Virus record (IMG/VR): IMGVR_UViG_2595698890_000001
Span: 14,752 to 78,751 of that record
DNA length: 64,000 nucleotides
From: a virus
Taxonomy: Duplodnaviria; Caudoviricetes
Strand: one strand, 5' to 3'
A model generated the notes under the pieces. It was not told where the DNA came from. It searched no databases and saw only the letters and a program-made list of their open reading frames with translations. Positions 58,012 through 64,000 of the stretch are shown here, piece after piece (within the stretch, counting starts at the first letter, position 1; each line of letters begins with the position of its first letter). The position numbers were made by a program, and so were the translations under genes.

Positions 58012-58413
58012 ATGGATCTTCAAACTTCAATCTATGCAGCCGATAACCGCTACCACTACGCGGACCGCTACGACGAACACGGAACACTACACGATCTCGC
58101 GTGCGAGTACGCAGATAAATATCAAGCTGAATACTTGGAAAACGTGAACGACGACAAAGATCACGACGACGCCGATCAGTTAGCGCACGACTACGCCCGC
58201 GAAACGGTACTTGATGGGATGTGTTGGTTTTCGGTCCGATTCTTTGCCATCACTTATCCGGATCACATCCTGAACCGCACGCCTCACGATACATTAGGCG
58301 CGGATACTCCCGACGGTTTGATCCGCCGCAATATCGAGGAAGTTGTGACAGCGGCGGCGGCGACCATGATCGAAGAGATGCGCGAGCGTGGAGATCTTGA
58401 CCGTGACGAATAG
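58012..58413 (+). CDS. Acidic protein, possible Ocr-like DNA mimic
   Basis: About 32 D/E versus about 12 K/R in 133 aa; early location. Confidence 0.5.
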   Translation: MDLQTSIYAADNRYHYADRYDEHGTLHDLACEYADKYQAEYLENVNDDKDHDDADQLAHDYARETVLDGMCWFSVRFFAITYPDHILNRTPHDTLGADTPDGLIRRNIEEVVTAAAATMIEEMRERGDLDRDE

Positions 58414-58624
58414 CACAAAAGCATTGACGGATCGCGGATACCGTCCAGCCGGGGAGTTTAACCCGGCTATTCACAAAAAAGTTAGTAAGTGTGATTTAGG
58501 CGGCGTAGTTTGTCGCGTGGTAACTGGTCCCGGATTGGAGCGCGGGATCATGCCATACTACACAACACGAATGATCGGCGGCTTCCCGGTCCCGGTAGAA
58601 AATAAAACTTTCTTTGTCAAGTAA
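58403..58624 (+). CDS. Hypothetical early protein
   Basis: GGAG RBS before GTG 58403; fills the operon. Confidence 0.55.
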   Translation: MTNSTKALTDRGYRPAGEFNPAIHKKVSKCDLGGVVCRVVTGPGLERGIMPYYTTRMIGGFPVPVENKTFFVK

Positions 58625-58645
58625 TAATCTTAGTAAGGGTATATT

Positions 58646-59023
58646 ATGAAAACACGCAATAAGCCACAATCAACACGCTTTTTTGAAGGCGTCCGCGACC
58701 TTGACACGCTGATCACTCGCTCAACTCATAGCGGCGAGTTTTCCAAGAAAGTGATCCGACTCGGATTCACACATTTAAACGGTCAAGTTTTGGAAGGTTG
58801 CCCGGTTGCGATTTCCGGGGAGTTGTTCGACGCTATCGGCGGGATGGTTTACGGCAACGGCGGCGATCTAAATAAACGCTACCGCTTGGAGATGGTTTAC
58901 ACGCACGGCGGCGAATATCATCTTTTTGTCAAGTATCAACACATAATCGGATCGCGCCGGGTTTGTGCAATCTCCCCGGATAGCGTGCAACGCTGGATCG
59001 ATACCCAACCGAAACACGGTTAA
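58646..59023 (+). CDS. Hypothetical early protein
   Basis: TTAGTAAGGG-ATTATG start context; followed by a terminator. Confidence 0.7.
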   Translation: MKTRNKPQSTRFFEGVRDLDTLITRSTHSGEFSKKVIRLGFTHLNGQVLEGCPVAISGELFDAIGGMVYGNGGDLNKRYRLEMVYTHGGEYHLFVKYQHIIGSRRVCAISPDSVQRWIDTQPKHG

Positions 59024-59041
59024 TTACAATCCTATTAGTAA

Positions 59042-59345
59042 GGGCGCATTTTGCGCCCTTTTTTGTATCCGGGAAGGCGTACAGCTTTATTAGTAAATAA
59101 TAGCTTTTCGCTGTACGTGCACCGCCGATCTAGGGCGATTTTTCAATTTGGCGCGAAACGGAACTTTTAATACCATAGTAAGGGTTTTACTAAAAACCGC
59201 TTAAAACGCCATACAACGCGAATTTGGGCTATATTACTAAAACTCAATTTACTAATTACTACTAGTAAAAAGAGTTATAAAAATATTTGTTGAAAGTTGC
59301 GTTTTGCTATTGTACCCGGACCGGGTTTTTAGTAATATATCTCAC
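59042..59345 (+). repeat. About 300-bp terminator-promoter cassette, copy 1 (includes early promoter 3)
   Basis: Closely similar to 60523-60827; TTGTAC 59310, TAATAT 59333. Confidence 0.9.
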
Positions 59346-59391
59346 AAGGAAGGCGGGAAGGGTTCCCGGCTAGTTTTCTGGAGTGTTCGCC

Positions 59392-59670
59392 ATGAAATCA
59401 CGTACTATTGACATCTTCCCGGCTCGCTTGGGTTTACCGGGACAACTAAACAAGGCTTTTAAAAAAGCTGGTCTATCCGTGGTAATTCTTGACAAGTCGC
59501 CACGCGGGACGGTTGCCAGCCACGGCGATCAAAATTTCGTTTGCTACCGTGTTGATTTTAAATCAGTTAGTAAGTGCGGGGACGGATCGGACGCTCGCCC
59601 GGCTTCAATGGCATTCACGCACAACACAAAAACGCGCCGCGTGACGCTAACAGAAATCGACTATCTTTAA
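59392..59670 (+). CDS. Hypothetical early protein
   Basis: GGAG RBS; first gene after promoter 3. Confidence 0.7.
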   Translation: MKSRTIDIFPARLGLPGQLNKAFKKAGLSVVILDKSPRGTVASHGDQNFVCYRVDFKSVSKCGDGSDARPASMAFTHNTKTRRVTLTEIDYL

Positions 59671-59698
59671 TTCATCTTTTTATTAGTAAGGGCTTATT

Positions 59699-60022
59699 AT
59701 GTCAGTAACTCAATTGGAAACACTAAATACAACTTTTCAGCAAGCAGCAAACGCGGCAATCGACGCGGGCGCAACTCATTACATTATCAATAAAACGCTA
59801 TACGCGGGAAGCTGGATCACCTTCTCTTATACTTTTGTCAATTGCAACAAAACCAAACTAAATCAAGTTTGGGAAGTTGGTCACTATATCAAGGAAATGA
59901 AAACGTACAGCACGGCGGATCGCTGGATGTCTGACAAGTGGATCGAGCACAATCTTGACGGGCGCGACCGTCACGGGATGATCCATAGTGCGCTTTTCAT
60001 GTTAAACCGTGGTTTGGTTTAA
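59699..60022 (+). CDS. Hypothetical early protein
   Basis: TTAGTAAGGG-ATTATG start context. Confidence 0.7.
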   Translation: MSVTQLETLNTTFQQAANAAIDAGATHYIINKTLYAGSWITFSYTFVNCNKTKLNQVWEVGHYIKEMKTYSTADRWMSDKWIEHNLDGRDRHGMIHSALFMLNRGLV

Positions 60023-60067
60023 TCACTATTCTCTCAATAATCATTTTAATTTTAGTAAGGGTTTATT

Positions 60068-60499
60068 ATGTTTCCTATTTATAAAGCAATCGCGGGATCA
60101 TTCGAAGGCAAGATCGGCACGCTGTACACTAGCGCGGGGATGGACTTTTTAACGCTGTCAAATACCGACAAAGTTTTAGTAACAAAAAATCAGCGCGAGC
60201 TATTAGAACAAAGATCGCAAAACTTTACTTGTGATTACATTCGCGGCTTTTTTCATCCTGATATGTCAATCAATTACGGATTCAATAGTGGCGGTTATGA
60301 GAATCACGCTTTCTTCATCACTAAGGACGGCGGCGCACTATCGATCAAGGCAGTGCAAGAAAATATTGATAGTGTTGATTTTACCGATGAAAGCGATCCG
60401 CAATGGTTTATTATTGGCGGCGACGTTAACCACGAAAACGACGATCTTTATTGTGACCATACCAGCGAGAAGATCGAACCAATGTATGGCGACGACTAA
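60068..60499 (+). CDS. Conserved hypothetical phage protein
   Basis: GGY...ITKDGGAL...W...LYCDH-IEP-YG motif; shared start context. Confidence 0.7.
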   Translation: MFPIYKAIAGSFEGKIGTLYTSAGMDFLTLSNTDKVLVTKNQRELLEQRSQNFTCDYIRGFFHPDMSINYGFNSGGYENHAFFITKDGGALSIKAVQENIDSVDFTDESDPQWFIIGGDVNHENDDLYCDHTSEKIEPMYGDD

Positions 60500-60522
60500 A
60501 AAGAATTGACTCAATAACAACC

Positions 60523-60827
60523 GGGCGCATAATGCGCCCTTTTTTGTGCCTCCAAACCGCGTACAGCCTTTTAAGTAAAAACAACCTTTTCGCTGTACGT
60601 ACACCGGGCAACTAGGGCGATTTTTCAATTTGGCGCGAAACGGAACTTTTAATACCATAGTAAGGCTCTTACTAAAAACCGCTTAAAACGCCATACGGCG
60701 CGAATTTGGGCTATATTACTAAAACGCGTTTACCCGGTTTAATATTAGTAAAATAGTTCTAAAAATATTTGTTGAAAGTTGTGTTTTGCTATTGTATCCG
60801 GTCCGCTAATTTAGTAATATATTCACA
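60523..60827 (+). repeat. About 300-bp terminator-promoter cassette, copy 2 (includes early promoter 4)
   Basis: Closely similar to 59042-59345; TTGTAT 60792, TAATAT 60815. Confidence 0.9.
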
Positions 60828-60897
60828 CGGTAAGAGATTACCACTTGTTAACCATTTTCCCCGGGAAGTTTCCCCGGTTTATTAGTAAGGGCATATT

Positions 60898-61677
60898 ATG
60901 CGCACTGTTAAAATTACAAATTCTGATCTTGTTTCTATTCGTTCAAAGTTCGATCGTGAACTTGAAAAACAAAAACGCCGTTTCCAAGCTAAGCCGGAAC
61001 AATACGGATCGCGCACTGAAGAAGATCTTCTTCCACTGTGGATCGATAACGCTTACTGTAAAGCATTGTTTAAACAGCTGGAGTTTGACGGGCTCGCAAC
61101 TATCACAAAAGAAACGGATTCTTTTTACACATTCGCGGATCACGCGGGCGACTGCTACAACGCGGAAGCAAACCCGGATATTGATCCGGCAGAATTACGC
61201 CGCCAGCGTAAAAACGAATTGGCGCGTTTTAACCGTCAAGGCGTGTACTATCATGAATTACTAATTGATGGCGAGTCATTCGGATCAATTGGCGGATTTG
61301 TGGGGAATGACTTTTACGGATCAGGCTACGACATTGATTTTTACAAAACTGCAATTACCGAAATCGGCAACCGATACGGCGCGGGCTTCCTTCCAACGCT
61401 GGACCAAATCCAGAAAGCAGAAAAACACGGCGACTTAGTAAAAGAGTTTGTTTACTGTGATTACTCAAAAACGATCCGCACAAAAGCGAATCATTGTGTT
61501 TTGAACTTCGACGAAAGATCACGCCGTTGGATTGTTGATATTGATCCGGGCGTGCCTTCAGAAATCGCGGTACTTGTGTTTGAGCTTTTCCATACGTCGC
61601 ATGATTTCCGTTGGTGCACTTCAGAATCTGGCAAAGCTGACATCTTGACAAAACACATTCGCGCTAACTTGAAATAA
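60898..61677 (+). CDS. Hypothetical early protein
   Basis: 259 aa; shared TTAGTAAGGG start context. Confidence 0.75.
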   Translation: MRTVKITNSDLVSIRSKFDRELEKQKRRFQAKPEQYGSRTEEDLLPLWIDNAYCKALFKQLEFDGLATITKETDSFYTFADHAGDCYNAEANPDIDPAELRRQRKNELARFNRQGVYYHELLIDGESFGSIGGFVGNDFYGSGYDIDFYKTAITEIGNRYGAGFLPTLDQIQKAEKHGDLVKEFVYCDYSKTIRTKANHCVLNFDERSRRWIVDIDPGVPSEIAVLVFELFHTSHDFRWCTSESGKADILTKHIRANLK

Positions 61678-61693
61678 TCGGGGAGTTACTAAA

Positions 61694-61876
61694 ATGCAAA
61701 ACGTTTACGGATACATCTATATGTCGGTTTTCTGTGAAACTGGTTTAAGCGAGCGCGGCGCAAAAATTGCCGCGTCCCGTGTGGGCGCTTCCCGTGTTGG
61801 TTATCGTTCACCAATTAACAATATGTATATTGAGACGGCAGTCAAAAACGACGCCGGGAAGTGGGAGACTAAATAA
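61694..61876 (+). CDS. Hypothetical early protein
   Basis: GGGAG RBS; SERGAK-AA-R-G-VGYR motif. Confidence 0.65.
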   Translation: MQNVYGYIYMSVFCETGLSERGAKIAASRVGASRVGYRSPINNMYIETAVKNDAGKWETK

Positions 61877-61877
61877 C

Positions 61878-62093
61878 ATGGCAATCCGTGGAATCTCTCA
61901 AACTGAAATCGCATCATACAACGATATGATCGCACTCATCGAAAACGGCAAACACTCAAAAGCGCGTGAATTGTTTTGCGATTGGGACCAATCAAAGCAA
62001 TCGCGTTTTATCCGGGCGCTTGGAGATCTGGAAGGTGTGACGCTGGAAGTACACCTTGAAATATTAAAGCAATTGATTGTTTTGTACGTATAG
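61878..62093 (+). CDS. Hypothetical early protein
   Basis: GGGAG RBS before ATG 61878. Confidence 0.6.
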   Translation: MAIRGISQTEIASYNDMIALIENGKHSKARELFCDWDQSKQSRFIRALGDLEGVTLEVHLEILKQLIVLYV

Positions 62094-62150
62094 TAAATTT
62101 ACACTGTAAATCATTATTTATCATTTTATTAGTAAGAGCGAGTTTATATC

Positions 62151-62654
62151 ATGTTTAATCAAGTTATTGTTGAATTACCAAAAGGCGAGATCGCAACAGT
62201 TGAAACTTACAACACGCCATTTCAGGCACGCGGGATCGCTCGCTGCATCGCAGCCGTTGCGGGTACTTGTTACGAACCCGGCAAACTGTATTTTGTATCG
62301 GTCCCAAGTTCCCAAATCAACCGCGCCGCGTTCGAGTACGTCGCAACAATCGATCAGGCGGTTATTGTGTCATTTAGTAATAGCGATCCGACGGCTATCA
62401 CGGCGGTCAATCCAGATTACCAGCACACGGTGGATAGTTTCCTCACTTGGAATAATGAGTTTGATTTAGCCGTGGAAGCGGATAAGCGAGAATCGACACT
62501 TGAAACACGTTTACACAAATCTAAATGCTATCAGCAAGCGGTTTACTACTGGCGTGAACTTCCACTAAGTGAGAAGAATAATATTAGTAAGGTATTCCCG
62601 GCACTGGCGGACGGCTACCCGAGTGAATCACAATTTGGCGGTAATGAGAAATAA
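62151..62654 (+). CDS. Hypothetical early protein
   Basis: Start context TTAGTAAGAGCGAGTTTATATCATG shared with the next gene. Confidence 0.65.
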   Translation: MFNQVIVELPKGEIATVETYNTPFQARGIARCIAAVAGTCYEPGKLYFVSVPSSQINRAAFEYVATIDQAVIVSFSNSDPTAITAVNPDYQHTVDSFLTWNNEFDLAVEADKRESTLETRLHKSKCYQQAVYYWRELPLSEKNNISKVFPALADGYPSESQFGGNEK

Positions 62655-62705
62655 CTTCAATACCACTTTACACTGTAAATCATTTAGTAAGAGCGAGTTT
62701 ATATC

Positions 62706-62882
62706 ATGGCGATTCAATTACAAATCCGAGTTAGTGCAGAATTGGAAGCGGAACAATTTCCCCTTTGCCCATACTGCGACCAACCGCTTCAAAACGCAAA
62801 CGACCTAGTAATCGTATATAACGGAATGTTTTCCGTGATGGCATTAGCGCACCAATCATGCCACGACGAAAACGACAGTTAA
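62706..62882 (+). CDS. Small zinc-finger protein (58 aa), not in the ORF track
   Basis: CPYC...HQSC; start context identical to 62151; followed by a terminator. Confidence 0.65.
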   Translation: MAIQLQIRVSAELEAEQFPLCPYCDQPLQNANDLVIVYNGMFSVMALAHQSCHDENDS

Positions 62883-62901
62883 ACAATTTACACTGTAAAT
62901 C

Positions 62902-62927
62902 GCCCGGGTAAGTTATCCGGGCTTTTT
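62902..62927 (+). terminator. Intrinsic terminator ending the early block
   Basis: GCCCGGGTAA-G-TTATCCGGGC plus T5; related hairpin at 63599-63628. Confidence 0.8.
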
Positions 62928-63885
62928 ATTGTCCGCCGTTTACTAATGATAGATTACTAATTATCGTTCTTCCCTTCCCCGGCTATCGTTCCCCGGTAGC
63001 AGTCAAACGCCCGCAATTATTTTCACCTCGACATAAACGCGCCGCGATTCCCTATATGATAATATTGTATATAGCAGTTTTCCCCATAGTGATAAATCCG
63101 TTATTATGTATGTAATTATCCGTGTATATTCTTTCGCTATTAATACTATTGTTATTAGTAAAACAATATTCCTTTTTGCCTATATCATCCATCTACTGAA
63201 TCTATAAAAAGATAGTAACTATAATATCATTAGCAAGCGGGCGATTTTGGGCGTTATCCGGGCTCACACGGGCGATTTACATATATACGCGGCTCATCGT
63301 ATTGGTGAACTCTTCCCGGGCGCTTACAATGCCATACAGACAACCGCGCTATTGAGCAATCTATAATTAATCCTTTCTCTTTACTAAAACATTGAACAAC
63401 AATCAACAATCAATTATAATCTATATACACGGTAGGGAAGCGCGATTTCCCTATATACGGAAATTCACTATATACACATTAGGCGGTCACTATGTCAGAT
63501 ATAACATACGGTTCAATTATCGGCGGGCTCTTCCTTGCTATCGTTTACGGTTGTCAGCTAATGGCGGCAATGTAAATCACATCACTCATTACTAAAACGC
63601 CCGGGCTATTGTTCCGGGCTTTTCTTTTCCCGTCTTCCCCTATATACAATCCTATCAATTAAACTTCTCTTCCCGGACCGACTCGACCAACGGACCAGCG
63701 ACCAACGCACAAACCTATTGAGCAATTACTCAATGAGCAATTCCCTATTGAGCAATCTCTCATTAGTTATTGACCATTCTATCTATTAACAATCCTATCG
63801 TTTGCGCAATTGATAACATTATTAATTAATAGTTCTGTCAGTTGCGCAATTGAGTAATCTATCAATAAGGGGGTCCATACCCCCC

Positions 63886-64000
63886 GGGTGCCGCCTTACT
63901 AACGAGCTGGGTGCCGCCTTACTAACGAGCTGGGTGCCGCCTTACTAACGAGCTGGGTGCCGCCTTACTAACGAGCTGGGTGCCGCCTTACTAACGAGCC
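63886..64000. repeat. 23-bp tandem array B (GGGTGCCGCCTTACTAACGAGCT x5, runs to the window edge)
   Basis: Units at 63886, 63909, 63932, 63955 and 63978. Confidence 0.98.

Noticed and set aside
678-61651. Minus-strand ORFs in the track (e.g. 8369..9169, 12747..13310)
   Set aside because: Nearly all are antisense shadows of well-supported + strand genes, without recognisable motifs or evident RBS.
63392-63595. 67-aa ORF in the terminal non-coding region
   Set aside because: TTG start without an RBS, atypical composition, and it lies among repeats.
1-64000. TTACTAA as a eukaryotic Yap1/bZIP response element, or as off-frame stop codons only
   Set aside because: The sequence is clearly a bacteriophage. 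Selection for hidden stops would not favour one exact symmetric heptamer or place it in intergenic DNA.
1-64000. tRNA genes, introns or inteins
   Set aside because: No cloverleaf with a T-loop consensus noticed; terL, polymerase, helicases and thyA appear uninterrupted. A covariance search was not possible.

Overview
The window is most of a dsDNA tailed phage genome, a probably virulent siphovirus. Its thymidylate synthase looks Vibrionaceae-like, which suggests a Vibrio host. All credible genes are on the + strand. Layout: packaging and head (1-7.3 kb), long non-contractile tail (7.3-21.1 kb), lysis (21.1-23.0 kb), a large replication, recombination and nucleotide module (23.1-49.5 kb), a displaced terminase small subunit plus ParB-like and accessory genes (49.6-56.1 kb), and a compositionally distinct early or host-takeover block (56.3-63.9 kb) with repeated sigma70 promoter cassettes, bracketed by 23-bp tandem arrays. 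I saw no integrase, repressor switch, tRNA or CRISPR array. The strongest unexplained signal is the interrupted palindrome TTA(C/G)TAA, about 3 copies per kb in the part counted (roughly 25-fold above chance). It sits inside codons, between ribosome binding sites and start codons, over early -10 boxes and in a terminal tandem array, which suggests an undescribed genome-marking system. Other leads: arginine-rich disordered tails on many DNA-metabolism proteins, three 23-bp-period arrays near a ParB-like gene, a GATC-rich early block, a candidate sRNA, an Ocr-like protein, and apparently inactive QueD and UDG domains. Product calls come from motifs recognised by eye, and motif counts are manual and approximate.
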